Shown here in pieces: positions 37,448-50,665 of a stretch of DNA of 64,000 nucleotides. Position numbers and translations under genes: made by a program. The notes beneath the pieces were generated by a model. It was not told the DNA's origin and did not search any database. It saw only the letters and a list, made by a program, of their open reading frames with translations. Numbering within the stretch: the stretch's first letter is position 1; each line of letters starts with the position of its first letter. Source of the DNA: Octopus sinensis (Eukaryota); NCBI RefSeq assembly GCF_006345805.1, contig NC_043010.1, positions 9,424,001 through 9,488,000 of the forward strand, read 5' to 3'.

Positions 37448-38406
37448 TACAGGGCATCCATAAAGTCATGGTGCAATGCTACAAAATTATTTCATTCCTA
37501 AGCATGAACAATTAGACCCAACAGAGAATACAGTTTTGCAACAACTTGGTGCGCTTTGTCACTTTGCTCTGCAAGTTAGGCAGTTTCGAAATGAGAAATT
37601 CCCTAACAGATGGATTGGAAGAGGTGGACTGTTATTTTGGCTGCCATATTCACCAAATTTGACTCCATTAGATTTTCTTTTTGTGGATACATGTGAAAAG
37701 TATTGTTTATAGGTGCAGGAGTGGCTGTGTGGTAAGTAGCTTGCTTACCAACCACATGGTTCCAGGTTCAATCCCACTGCATGGCATCTTGGGCAATTGT
37801 TTTCTACTATAGCCTCGGGCTGACCAAAGTCTTGTGAGTGGATTTGGTAAACGGAAACTGAAGAAAGCTCGTTGTATATATGTATATATATATATATATA
37901 TGTATGTATGTGTTTATATATGCTTGTGTGTCTGTGTTTGTCCCCCCCAACATTGCTTGACAACTGATGCTGGTGTGTTCACGTCCCCATAACTTAGCAG
38001 TTCAGCAAAAAGAGCCCGATAGAATAAATACTAGGCTTACAAAGAATAAGTCCTGGTGACAATTTGGCCGACTAAAGGCAATGCTCCAGCATGGCCACAG
38101 TCAAATGACTGAAACAAGTAAATGAGTAAAAGAGTATTCCACTAAGCCTCGACCTTTAGAAAATTTGAAAGCAAGGATAACTGATATGATTGAAAGTATC
38201 TCTGCAGCTGGAAAATATTTTTTGAGAACTACAGAATCGTATTTCTCTTTGTATTATTAATGATGGTGGGCATGTTTTACAAAATTGAGAAGAAGAATAA
38301 AAAATTTAGGTCATTTTCCTTTCTTATTCTTTTTACAGATTAATTCTATTGTGTGTATTTATGAAGATACAGATATTTTAAATTGCACCATGACTTTATG
38401 GACACC

Positions 38407-38410
<4 letters not shown>
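37448..38410 (+). mobile_element. Internally deleted Tc1/mariner-superfamily transposon with nested SINE A
   Basis: TIRs cagggcatccataaagtcatggtgcaat / attgcaccatgactttatggacacccca with flanking TA. Remnant FPNRWIGRGG..FWLPYSPNLTPLDF. Confidence 0.85.
37711..38136 (+). mobile_element. SINE family A nested in the transposon
   Basis: Family consensus. Confidence 0.9.
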
Positions 38411-38458
<48 letters not shown>

Positions 38459-38460
<2 letters not shown>

Positions 38461-38761
38461 CGGCAGACTGGGTCTAAAACTATTGGTTGCCAGGAGATTA
38501 AAGGGCCTACCCCCAACTACAAGGAGGCCCACCCACAACTACAATGCTATCATTTATTTATTTATTTGTTAAAAGTATTCTCAACTGCCTACAAACACAG
38601 CCAGGCTGAAATAATTAATGTATTCTTCCAAGAATGAAAATTCTCAAACTTGAGGGGATGGGCCCCTTAGATACTAACATGGGTCACCGATATATGGATT
38701 CTAATGCCACAGGGGCCCACTTGCCATTAGGCAAGCTGGCAACCTGGCCAGTCCACCACTG
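38459..38761. mobile_element. Possible hAT-type MITE
   Basis: Imperfect TIRs agcggcagactgg / ccagtccaccactg. Confidence 0.5.
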
Positions 38762-38845
38762 TATATATATATATATGTGAATTCGTGTGTACCGTTGGCA
38801 ATTTTTTCCTCTGTCTTCCCTTCTCTGGATCTTTCCTTCTCCTAT

Positions 38846-38880
38846 GTTTCCGACGAAGAGCTCCGTTCGAAATGTTAAAC
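38846..38880 (+). ncRNA. Minimal hammerhead-like motif (variant core) in a family E2 element (~38775-38990)
   Basis: GUUU-CCGACGA-A-GAGC(UCC)GUUC-GAAA-U-GUU-AAAC: U4C change, extra A, stem III essentially absent. Confidence 0.5.
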
Positions 38881-39847
38881 CCTCCTTCTTTCCTTCTTTC
38901 CTGAGCATCCAATAATACTATATTTGTTCCACGTCCTCGCGTTGTTGTGTTTTTTTGTGCTTTCTTGTTTGGATTAACTATATATATATATATATATATA
39001 TCAGAGTGACTTTAATATACTTAACAAATTTTTTATTGAGTTTATATGTGTACATAAATGAAAACTCATGCTATAACATTATAGTTTGTCGTAAGTTGTT
39101 ATTATGTGATAACACTACAAAACAACTATTGAACTAAATTGTGATGGGCAACCGAATTTCTCTTAAAATTATATTGTATTAAGTTTATATGCACATATTT
39201 CATTCCAGAAACTTTGAGTTAGTTACATTACAGCACTGCTGAACATGTGTAACTCGTTAAGCAGATATATTTGACTTCAGTATCAAATTTCAATTCCATG
39301 ACAGTGGAAGACAGAGTTCAGAAGTAATCCATCACTGAAGAGAATGATTAATATACTGCTTTGCAAGTAGGAGAATACAGGTTCAATTAATGCTGAACTA
39401 AGTGTCAGTTAGGACAGAAAAGAATGTTTCATCAGCTTTCATGAGCAACATCCTCAGGCTTGACATGCAAGGCTCATATCAAGTAAATATCAGCTAAACA
39501 TCATTTGGTCCATTCTGAAGGATTTAAATTGATGTTGCTTCTCTCAAGACTAATACACTAAATGAAGACAATTTTGGTTATTGAGCACTATTCTGCAAAG
39601 ATATGTTGATGTTCTTAGGAAATGAAAATTTGGTCAAATTTCATGTTGTTGATGTTCTTAATTAATACAACTACTGGAATCATTAGCTCATTTGTACATT
39701 AAAAAAGAGTTAATTAAGTAATATAAAGATGTACATGAATACAAACAATAAAGAATAAATCAAATATCATTATATGACTTGGCCTCATTCTTGGATTGCA
39801 AAAATGTGAAAGAACTTTCGATCAGAATTTTAATATATATATATGTA

Positions 39848-39884
<37 letters not shown>

Positions 39885-40124
39885 ATTTATTTATACACAT
39901 AAATGCATATCAAGCCACAATGTATGGATTCAACTAATCTACTGGTACTCGTATGAAAAGCTCTCTAATGTATCATTCTACAAAACACATAGAATATATA
40001 GTATGATGCAAAATAAAACATAAGAAGCGTATAAGATTATAAATAGAAAAATATGCTATAATAAAATTTATTTTACCATTGTATATCCATGGAATATATG
40101 TGTATGTATATACATATATACATA

Positions 40125-40296
40125 CATACATACTGTTTCTCTCCTTGTTTTTTTTCTGTGTATCTTTCTACCGAAGAGCGTAGGCTCGAAACGTAAAAGA
40201 CTTTTTCTATTTCTATTCCTGAGCGCTATACTAATACATTTGTTTGTTTGTACTCCACCTGCCTTCGTCTTTTGTTTATTTTCGTAAACCTTCCTG

Positions 40297-40297
<1 letters not shown>
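40125..40297 (+). mobile_element. Family E element with hammerhead-like motif at 40163-40200
   Basis: UCUUU-CUACCGAA-GAGC(GUAG)GCUC-GAAAC-GUA-AAAGA; element ends at (TA)n. Confidence 0.75.
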
Positions 40298-40354
<57 letters not shown>

Positions 40355-40477
40355 CTTCTCTCAAGACTAATTTATATGTATATATATAGTAAACAACAGG
40401 TTGTATGGTTAACCACATTGATAAATCAAAGGTAGGACAGAAAGAACATAACAGGTAGGATCGAACAAAACAGGTGC

Positions 40478-40645
40478 CACGGAGTGGTTGGTGTTAGGAA
40501 GGGCATCCAGCTGTAGAAACACTGCCAGATCAGACTGGAGCCTGGTGCAGCCTCCTGGCTTCCCAGACCCCGGTTGAACAGCCCAACCCATGCTAGCATG
40601 GAAAATGGACATTAAACGACGACGATGATGATGATGATGATGATG
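40478..40645 (+). mobile_element. Family D RTE-type 3' tail
   Basis: ggagtggttggtgttaggaagggcatccagctgtagaaac...ggacattaaacgacgacgatgat. Confidence 0.85.
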
Positions 40646-41084
40646 ACATAATTTTTTAAATAAAATTTGTCATTACCAAACTTGCTTTAAAATTAACATA
40701 GACATTTTCAGACAAATCTTATTTAATTTGTAAAAGTTGGATTACTATTCGCTGAAAGCTACTGACTAGTACATTTATTAAATGTAAATAAAAACTAGTA
40801 AGGCTGTAATGCTTTTGGAGTTTAAACCATTCTTGAATAGTATTTTTTTTAATTCACTATAATTATTGGATAATATATCTCAACATAATGGAACTATCCA
40901 AGTTTTTAAAATGCTAACCAGTTAAGAAATACTGTTCATATTACCCACACCATTCTCCACCTTATTTCATTATTTCCCCAGCAGAAACGTTAAGACTGAA
41001 ATTATTCCAAAGTTCGGTCTCATTCAATAATCGCAACTCAGAACATAAAGAATCAGAACAATTACTATCATTGAGCCTAAATCA

Positions 41085-41225
41085 GAAACTACTACTACTA
41101 CTACTACTACCACCAACACCAACACCACCAACACCACCATCACCACCACTACCACTACCACCACCACCTCCACCACCACTACCACCACCACTACTACTAC
41201 TATCACTGCTACCACTGCTGTTATC
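41085..41225. repeat. Compound (CTA/CCA)n trinucleotide repeat
   Basis: Direct reading. Confidence 0.9.
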
Positions 41226-42476
41226 AAGAAAGATGGAGGAGAAGGAAAACTTGACTTCCATTTCTAGTATGTTTAATATCCAACGGGATGTAACAGGGTA
41301 CTTCTAGAGGAATTAGACCAAGAGTGACTTAGAAAGAAGTAAGGACTGTTTTATAACTGAATTTTTGTCACCTCATTTATGACTGGTGGGGAGTGTCTCA
41401 GTTTTCATTAGATTCTAAATATTTTCTCCTTAGTTTTTGGAAATTTGTTTTTAAAAAGAGGATGACATGTGATCAAAATGCATAAGATATACTATATTGC
41501 AAACTCAGCTAAATTATTTCCACATAAACCATAAACAAACATGAGACCAATATAATGATAATCAATATACATGTAGTGATCTCTGACTAAAGCCATTAAG
41601 ATAAGGGAGGTAACTATCCATTCGAAACAAGGAAAGATTAGAAATTTCAGATTGAAATTTAGGAGCACAGGGAAGAAGATGCATAGAGTTTGCAAATATT
41701 TAAAAAAATTTTTCCATTACAAAGTTCTTACAATTTCCAGTTGGTCATAATTATGTGTAGCACTATTTCATTCTCTTTAGAAATCTTCAGTATGATTTAA
41801 CCTGTAACACTTTAAGAGCATATATTACAAAGAGAGGCATTTCATTAAAATTCAGATGGAATTAATTATAGTATGGAGGATATTTTGATAACCGTAATAG
41901 TAATGACACTGAAATAAAATAGTTCTTACTCAGAGCCCAGTGTCTCGAAACTAGAGTTGCTGGAAAAAGTATTCACTTAACATCCATTTTCCCATGGCAG
42001 CAAGGGCTGGATGGGAACATATTAGTGGCAGGGTTTTATGATCTGTTGCCCTCCTGTCAATTTTAATGTGTGAGTGATCAATTTTATGTAAAGTATCTCA
42101 GAAACGCATATTCTCTTAATGTAAATTTATTTTCTAAGTATAATTAGTGTGAGATGATGTGACAAAGCTGAACATTTACTGATACAGTCAATTTTACGGG
42201 TTTCTACATAGTTTCCACCCACCTAAATATATTCACAAGGATTGGAACAACCCAAAGCTGAGATAAAACATTCAAGATGCTATAGAATGGAATTGAACCT
42301 GAGACCACACAGTGGTGAAGTGAACTTCATCGCAGAGCCATGTCAGTCTCCATCTACATGTGTGTGTTTGTGTGTATGTAATTATAGTTATAATCATTAA
42401 TTAATATAATATAATTATGAATGAATAGCATAGACAGCTATAATTATTACTGTACATTTAGCTATGCATACATGAG

Positions 42477-42509
<33 letters not shown>

Positions 42510-43629
42510 ATGTGCGTGTGTGTGTATGTATATGTATGTGTATGTATATGTATATGTATATGCATATATATATGTATGTATATATATATATATATATATA
42601 TGCATATACATGTTTGAGTGTGTATTTGCAGATGTATTTGTTTGTATTGATATATTGATATTCATCTTTAATATTGTATGTGCTAACAGACATACACATT
42701 TGAGAAGAGCAGTTTTATATCCCCCACCACCACGTAAAACGTCTTTACTCCAAGAAATTCAAAATAATTATTTTCTATCTTCTTTAACATTTTTCACAAT
42801 TTCTCCCTTTCTTCTCTTCCTCTAATTTTAGCAAACAACATGTTTCAGTTTTTCCTTTTGCTTTTCAGTCCAATGTAGTTTCCTTCTCCGCAGATTTTTC
42901 TGTTGATTTGAATCATCTCAGTTTAAATGGTTCACATCTGGTCAACATCGATTATTTTTACACCCAGCAAGGCAGATTAAATTAGACAGCTGGTCTGAAC
43001 TTTCTACATATCTATCATGTTTCATCAATTTTTCAAATCTTATTGGGTTTTACCTTTTTTCCCAGCCCCACTACTTCAGTGTGTAGCTTTTTAATAGCAT
43101 TATGAATTCAATTTTCTCTAATAGATGTCAAGGTATTTTCCCCAGCTATTCAAGCTTATGTTACTTAAATTAAATAATGCTGATTTGCTTTGTGAATGCA
43201 GTTTTTACTGTTGGCAAGTAGTACCAGTCATCCTTGTATGTTCAAGCAAGATAAAGAAGTTTGAACAATTTGTATCATGTAGCCAAGATATGCTGCCATT
43301 TATTGTATGTATTCTGTCTTCTGCCATCCAAAGTTTTGTCATTGTGAGATGCTGATTGGCTTTCAGAATATGTAGCAAGTATTTTGCTTGTAGAATTTGT
43401 CTAACATATCTAGTGAGTCTATGTTGTCACACAGTCTGGTAGGTTGCAACTGTGGTGGGTAGGTAGGTAGGTAGGTAGGTAGTTCTGTTCTGGAGGTAAT
43501 AAACCTGACTGTAAGACACAAGAGAAGTCAACTTTCAAAATACCAGCAAAAGTGTGCTGCAAAGATGACTGCACTTGTATAGAGATGAGTCTGTTTTTTT
43601 TATTTTACTTATGTATTTGTTTTATTATT

Positions 43630-44095
43630 TCATCATCATCATCATCATCATCATCATTTAATGTCCCTTGCCCATGCTGGCATTGGTCGGACAGTCTGAC
43701 CAAAGCTACACCAGACTCCAGTCTGATTTGGCATGGCTTCTACAGCTGGATGCTCCTCCTAACACCAACCAGTTCAAAGAGTTACACAGGTGCTTTTATG
43801 TGGCACTGCACAGGTGCTTTTATGTGGCATTTCCACAAGTGCTTTACACCACCAGAGGGACTAGTCTTAACACTTCCACCATAAAGTATGGGTCTTCTTA
43901 AATACAGCAAGGCACCAAGTATCTTGGCTCTATGTCATCTTGCCTATTTTAGGCAAGATCCTGGGATCATTCTTCAGTACCTCATTCCATGTCTTCCTGG
44001 GTCTTCCTTTTCCGCGTGTTCAATCCATTTGTTTTTGCTAAATACATTCTTGAATAATAACCATGTTAGATGCATGAGATCAATGAGGGATTGAA
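43630..44095 (-). mobile_element. Old RTE LINE 3' end including a family D-like tail
   Basis: Minus strand RGKGRPRKTWNEVLKND at about 43960-44010; (CAT)n tail at 43631-43655. Confidence 0.7.
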
Positions 44096-44134
44096 CTGGT
44101 CATTTTTGAACAAACAATGAGATCTCGACTATAG

Positions 44135-44704
44135 TATTGGGTTGTCTGGAAAGTTTGTGCCTATTTATAGTAGCTTACGTTTCGACTTATTTTACAACAT
44201 GGTTGAGTCCATAAAATAGGATTTCACTACACCTCCATTTAGAGCACAGTTTAAGCTATCTTTTCGTGGAAGAAGGTTTATGTTCCTATAACCTGTGTTA
44301 ATTCTGTAACCCTTTAAAATGGAAGATAAGAAAGTTCATTTTCGGTATTTGATGCTTTGGGAACCAGACAAAAATTGCTGCAGCTCAACTGGGATGTGTT
44401 ACCCAACCCTCCATATTCACCAGATATTGCTCCTTCAGATTTCCACTTAGTCAGGTCTCTGCAGAATAGTCTTAATGGTAAAAATTTCAATTCCTTGGAT
44501 GACGTAAAAAGATACTTTGATGAATTCTTTGCCATGAAACCACCTCAATTCTGGGAAGAGGGTATTTTCAAGTTAAAGGAAAGATGGAGATGCGTTGTGC
44601 AACAAAATAGTTCATATTTGGTTGATTAAAAATGTAATGGCAAGCATTTATTGACCTTTTTCTTTCCTTTAAAAATCAGCACGAACTTTCCGGACAACCC
44701 AATA
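44135..44704 (+). mobile_element. Internally deleted mariner element
   Basis: TA-flanked TIRs ttgggttgtctggaaagtttgtgc / gcacgaactttccggacaacccaa. N-terminal MEDKKVHFR is fused to the C-terminal WDVLPNPPYSPDIAPSDFHL (YSPDL motif). Confidence 0.92.
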
Positions 44705-45086
44705 TTTACACAGAGAAAATAAGAATCTATGCATATTGAAGACTAAGAAAAATATAAGGAAAATTAGGAAGCCCAGCTTTCAGGTTATAGAGCTTTATAG
44801 AGAAGATAATGGAAAGTAAGGAGGAATCTTTGTTGTTGAGGCTGTTCTTCTTTGCCCCAGGTGAGCTCTGAATGAATATGCTTATGATCAATAATGATTA
44901 TAATTTAGTCCAGTTTATGACCAACCTGTTATTATTTATCTAGAATTTGTGCTTCTCAATGTAGCCTTCCTTTTTTTAAGACAGTATAGGACAAACAGTA
45001 TAGGATAGAAATGAAAGTAGATTTGGCTGGTATTTCTCATGGATAGAGTTTCTAAATTGGCTCAAACAAGAAAGTTTATGCCATAT

Positions 45087-45297
45087 TAGTTTCTTGCACA
45101 AGGCCAATAATTTCAGGAGAGGGATTAACTCGATTACATCGCCTCCAGTGCTCAGTTGTTACTTCATTAATCGACCCCAAACAGAAGAAAGGCAAAGCTG
45201 ACCTCAGCAGAATTTGAGCTCAGAACACAAGGATGGACAAAATCCAGCTACACATTTTGCCTGGCATGCTAATGATTCTGCCAGCTCACTGCCTTAA
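45087..45297 (-). mobile_element. Old SINE B
   Basis: Family similarity. Confidence 0.75.
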
Positions 45298-45374
45298 ATG
45301 TCTGCTAAAATGCAGACTAATTTAATTCAATTCTGTATGAGAAACTAAATTCTAGAATGTTGACAATAGCCTTG

Positions 45375-45775
45375 TTGTTGTTGTTGTTTTTGTTGTTGTT
45401 ACTAGTAGCAATCTGGTGGTAGTGGTGGTGGTAGCAGTAGTGGTTGAAGTGGTAGTGCTAGTGGTGCTAGTGCTGGTGCTGCCACTGGGAATGGTTTTGG
45501 CAGTGATGGCGGTAGTACTGATGATGATGATTATGATGATGGTGTGATGTTGATGATGATGAGAATAATAATGATGACGACGATGATGATGACAATGGTG
45601 GTGATGATGATGATAATCACGACAACAATGATGCTGCTGCTGCTGTTGATGATGATGATTATGCTGAGGATGATGCTGATAGCGGTAGTGGGGAAGTGAT
45701 GATAATATTTGATGATGATGATGGTGGTGGTGGTGGTGGTGTTGGTGGTGGTGGTGATGATGATCATGATGAATG
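45375..45775. repeat. Compound (GAT/GGT/GTT)n trinucleotide tract
   Basis: Direct reading. Confidence 0.9.
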
Positions 45776-46101
45776 TCTTCAGTGTTGCCCCAATAACCCA
45801 TCAGTTTACAGAACATATTTCATTTTTCCAATACTCTATTTCTCTTGATAAATAATGTTTTCTTTTTTGCCTTTCTCTTGTCCTGAATATTTTATAAGCC
45901 AGTGGTGTAAAGTAGTGGAGCAGTATATATATATATAGTCAAATAGTCATCTGATGAAATCTATAATCCAGTTCATATTTTCACTTAGTTGTTTGGTGGT
46001 AGGTATCGGAAAATTTATATTTCACAATCGTTATAAATATTTAAATTGGTATCTGTGTGTATGCATCAATATGTGTGTGTGTGTGTGTGTGTGTGGTGTG
46101 G

Positions 46102-46132
<31 letters not shown>

Positions 46133-46255
46133 AGAGAGAGAGAGAGAGAGAATGTGTGAGAGAGACAGAGAGACAATTATGTGGGTAAACAAATTAAGTA
46201 CATTAAACATATTAAATATAATAATTTGGGTATGAAATACAAAATATGTATATAT

Positions 46256-46672
46256 AGGCATAGGAGTGGCTGTGTGGTAAGTAGCTTGCTTACGAACCAC
46301 ATGGGTCCGTGTTCAGTCCCACTGCATGACACCTTGGGCAAGTGTCTTCTACTAGAGCTGTGGGCTGACCAAAGCCTTGTGAGTATATTTGGTAGACAGA
46401 AACTGAAAGAAGCCCGTCGTATATATGTATGATGTGTGTGTGTATGTGTGTGTGTGTGTATGTTTGTGTGTCTGTCTTTGTACCCCCAACATCACTTGAC
46501 AACCGATGCTGGTGTGTTTATGTCCCCCGTAACTTAGTGGTTCGGCGAAAGAGACCAATAGAATAAGTACTAGGCTTACAAAGAATAAATCCTGGTGTCG
46601 ATTTGCTCGACTAAAGGTGGTGCTCCAGCATGGCCACAGTCAAATGACTGAAACAAACAAAAGAGTAAAAGA
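46256..46672 (+). mobile_element. SINE family A
   Basis: Family consensus. Confidence 0.9.
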
Positions 46673-47162
46673 TCTCTATTATGAAAGAATTTTCCTCTTC
46701 ACAAATAGTTTGATTGTGGAGCAATGAGTGAGAGCCAAGAATATCCTTGTGATTAGGATCTGATAAGCTTGACTCTTGTCAACTTAACTGTTTTCCTCGG
46801 AGACGTTGGGCACCATAACAAAACATGGAAGGAGATAATGTTTTCTTCTTCATCTATTTTACCAAACAAAAGTAAACCTGTCATTGAATTCAAGTATTTC
46901 AGTTTCTTCCGTTAAAGATCACTTTTTGGATGTTTTCAAGAAGTATTTGTCTTTCTTGCTGTTTTTTTTTTTCTTTTTTTTTTGCTGCTAAAGGACAAGA
47001 ACTACAAAACTTTAGCTCAGAAGGCTGTGAGATTCTGACCAAAAAAAAAGCATCCAAAAAATAAATAAACAAATAAATAAATAAAATTAAATTGATCTTG
47101 ACAAATATCACTGAAGACAGAGATTGAGCATCTTCCCCATGGAATATTTTACCGTTTATCTA

Positions 47163-47541
47163 TTATTTGTTTCAGCCATTTAAGCCACTGCCTGAAAGAA
47201 TTTTAGTTGAAAGAATCAATCCCAGTACATATTTTCTTTTAAGCTTGGGAGTACTTCTTCAATCAGTCCCTATTGCCAAACAGCTAAGTTATAGGGAAGT
47301 AATCACACGAACACTAGTTGCCATGTGGTAGCATGGGACAAACACAGACACACACACACACACACACATCACACACATACAACACACACCTACGACAGGC
47401 TTCTTTCAGTTTCTGTCTATCAAATCCACTCACAAAGCCCTTTATTGATCTGAAACTATTGTAGAAGACACTTGCCCAAGGTGCCACATAGTGGGACTGA
47501 ACCCTGAATCGTACGGTTGAGAAGCAAACTTCTAACCGCAC
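47163..47541 (-). mobile_element. Old SINE family A
   Basis: Diverged family consensus. Confidence 0.75.
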
Positions 47542-47981
47542 GTCTGCACCAAGAAGATTCTGAGCCTCCATGCTTAAAATTGTTTTATTGTTTATCATTT
47601 ACCTGTTTTCTAACATTGGACTGCAATCATGTTCCGTCACTGCCTTGAAGCATTTTGAATCAAACAAATCGATCCCAGGACTTATTTAATGCCTGGTTCT
47701 TATTCTATTGATCTGTATTGCAGAATCACTAAGAATGCATGTTGTTAACTTTCTCCTTGTCCAAACATACATTTGTATGTGTGCATATTTAGTCATCTAC
47801 ATGCATAAATATGTATGCATGTTTATGGATACCATGTAGAAGAGCATAACCGTTTCTTATTTCTTTTTCAATGAAATGAAAGGCAACATGTTCAATTTTC
47901 CTGCTCACTGCATATTTGCTACATGTAGCCGTATATGAACATACATGTTGATTATATGGATTTATGGATATCAAACTTGGC

Positions 47982-47982
47982 A

Positions 47983-48013
<31 letters not shown>

Positions 48014-48529
48014 CGACAATGACGATAATGATGTCAACAATGATGATGACGACGATGATGATGACAACAGTGATGACGACAACAATGGCAATGATGATGA
48101 TGATGACGATAACGATGATGATGACGATGATGATTGTGATGGTGGTAGTGATAGTGGTGGTGCTGTGCTGGTGGTGTAATGATAATGATGATGATAACAA
48201 TTATAATAATGATGATGGTGATGATGATGATGGTGATGATGATGGTGGTGATGGTTGTGGTAGTGGTTGTGATGATGGTAATGATGAGGGCAATAACGAC
48301 GACAATGTCGATGATGATGATGATGATGATGATGACGGTGATGACGATAATGACGATGATGATTGTGATGGTGGTGGTGGTGGTAGTGGTGATAGTGGTG
48401 CTGGTGGTGCTGGTGGTGGTTATGGTGGTGGGAGTAGTGATAATAATGATGATAATGATGATAATGATGCTGGTGACGGTAATGGTGGTGATGGTTGTGG
48501 TGGTGATGGTGGTAATGATGATGGCAATA

Positions 48530-48570
<41 letters not shown>

Positions 48571-48855
48571 AATGATGCTGGTGATGGTGATGAGGATTGT
48601 GGTGGTGGCTGTGGTGGTGATGGTGGTAATGATGATGGCAATAACGACAACAATATCGATGATGATGATAATGATGATGATGACGGTGATGACGATAATG
48701 ACGATAATGATTGTGATGGTGGTGGTGGTGATAATGGTAGTGGTGATAGTGGTGGTGGTGGTGGTTATGGTGGTGATAATGATGATAATGGTGCTGGTGA
48801 CGGTAATGGTGGTGATGGTTGTGGTGGTGATGGTGGTAATGATGATGCCAATGTC

Positions 48856-48898
<43 letters not shown>

Positions 48899-49175
48899 GT
48901 GGTGATGATGATGATGATGATGATGATTGTGATGGTGGTGTGGGTGATAGTGGTGGTGGTACTGGTGCTTGTTGTGGTGCTGGGAGTAGTGATAATGATG
49001 ATGGTAATAATGATAATAATGATGGTGATGGTGGTGATGGTTGTAGTGGTTGCTGTGGTGGTGATGGTGGTAATAATGATGGCAATAACGACAACAATGA
49101 CGATGATGATGATGATGATGATGATGCCACTAACACCAATGAGAGTGGTGATGTCGGTGTCAATGATGATGCACA
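47982..49175. repeat. 1.2-kb compound trinucleotide satellite with ~180-210-bp higher-order units
   Basis: The block gatgattgtgatggtggt...gatagtggt...gatggttgtggtggtgatggtggtaatgatgat recurs about 5 times. Confidence 0.9.
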
Positions 49176-49524
49176 TCTACAACTTATTTATATTATTTAT
49201 GGGGTGAAAATGGAGATGATGAAAGTAACTGCTCGTATGATTTATATTTAGATATTCCTGGTGTACAAACATGGAGCTTGGACTCAATTTATTTCAAATT
49301 CTCCCATTTTTCAATCTTGATCACTGCTTCTGTCCGTCATGTGTTACGGCTTCGTCTTTCATAACTAATAGTCACTGCCCGTAAACTGGTTCCTATCATT
49401 AGCGTGTGTTTCCGATTCGGTGTTTTCCACTGGATAGTATTCAAATGATAAATCAAACAAACTGAACAAACTTCAAGCTTTTGTAAAACCAAAACTACCA
49501 ATATTTTCTTGTGAGTGGAACATG

Positions 49525-49908
49525 TGGAAGCACTCCGTCGGTTCCGACGACGAGGGTTCCGGTTGATCCGAATCAACGGAACAGCCTGCTCGTGAAATTA
49601 ACGTGTAAGTGGCTGAGCACTCCACAGACACGTGCACCCTTAACGTAGTTCTCGGGGATATTCAGCGTGACACAGAGAGTGACAAGGCCGGCCCTTTGAA
49701 ATACAGGTACAACAGAAACAGGAAGTAAGAGTGAGAGAAAGTTGTGGTGAAAGAGTACAGCAGGGATCACCACCATCTCCTGCCGGAGCCTCGTGGAGCT
49801 TTTAGGTGTTTTCGCTCAATAAATACTCACAACGCCCGGTCTGGGAATCGAAACCGCGATCCTATGACCGCGAGTCCGCTGCCCTAACCACTGGGCTATT
49901 GTGCCTCC
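49525..49908 (-). mobile_element. SINE family C, full length (young)
   Basis: Family consensus; CpG-rich. Confidence 0.95.
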
Positions 49909-50489
49909 ACGAGAGGAACATATAAAATAGTTAAAAGGAAGATACAAAATATTTGAGAGAAACATATGCAGTATAATTTCTTCGTTAAAGTTTACAGAAA
50001 ACTTCTTTGCAGATGAATATTATTAGATTTATTTTGAATTCTTTATAGAATTCTAGATACCAGATATGGTTTACAAATAGGATTATCACAGTAATGTGAT
50101 CATTTTGTTTTTCTCTAAATCACATTTCTCCTTTTGTATATTTGCTTATATTTGTGTAATATTAAGAAAAGTAAAATGTTTTTATCCAATTTAATATGAT
50201 ACTTCTCACTAGGTCACAGCTAAAAATGAATATTTTCCCTGACAAATTTTGAATTATTTTGAAACTATGAAAGGATAGAAAAAAAAAAAATCTATTAAGG
50301 CTTTCGGAGAATAGAAAGGGAACTGGAAAGAAATTTGTATGCTTGATGCAAAAATGAAATATCATGAGATGATATTTGCAACTGAATAATTTTCCAAAAT
50401 ATAAAGAATATTCTTGTGAATGTATGAGTATGTGCATGAGTGCATTCTTGTGTGTTTGTGTATGTACATTTGTGTGTGTGTACATGTGC

Positions 50490-50511
50490 ATGTGTGCATG
50501 TACATACATAC

Positions 50512-50580
<69 letters not shown>

Positions 50581-50589
50581 TATATATAT

Positions 50590-50623
<34 letters not shown>

Positions 50624-50665
50624 ATAATATATATATATATATATGTATATGTATATATATATATA
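50490..50665. repeat. (TA)n-rich microsatellite
   Basis: Direct reading; explains the 215-aa spurious ORF. Confidence 0.95.

Noticed and set aside
39420-39460. CUGAGGA...GAAAC on the minus strand
   Set aside because: No stem II closing pair and no stem I.
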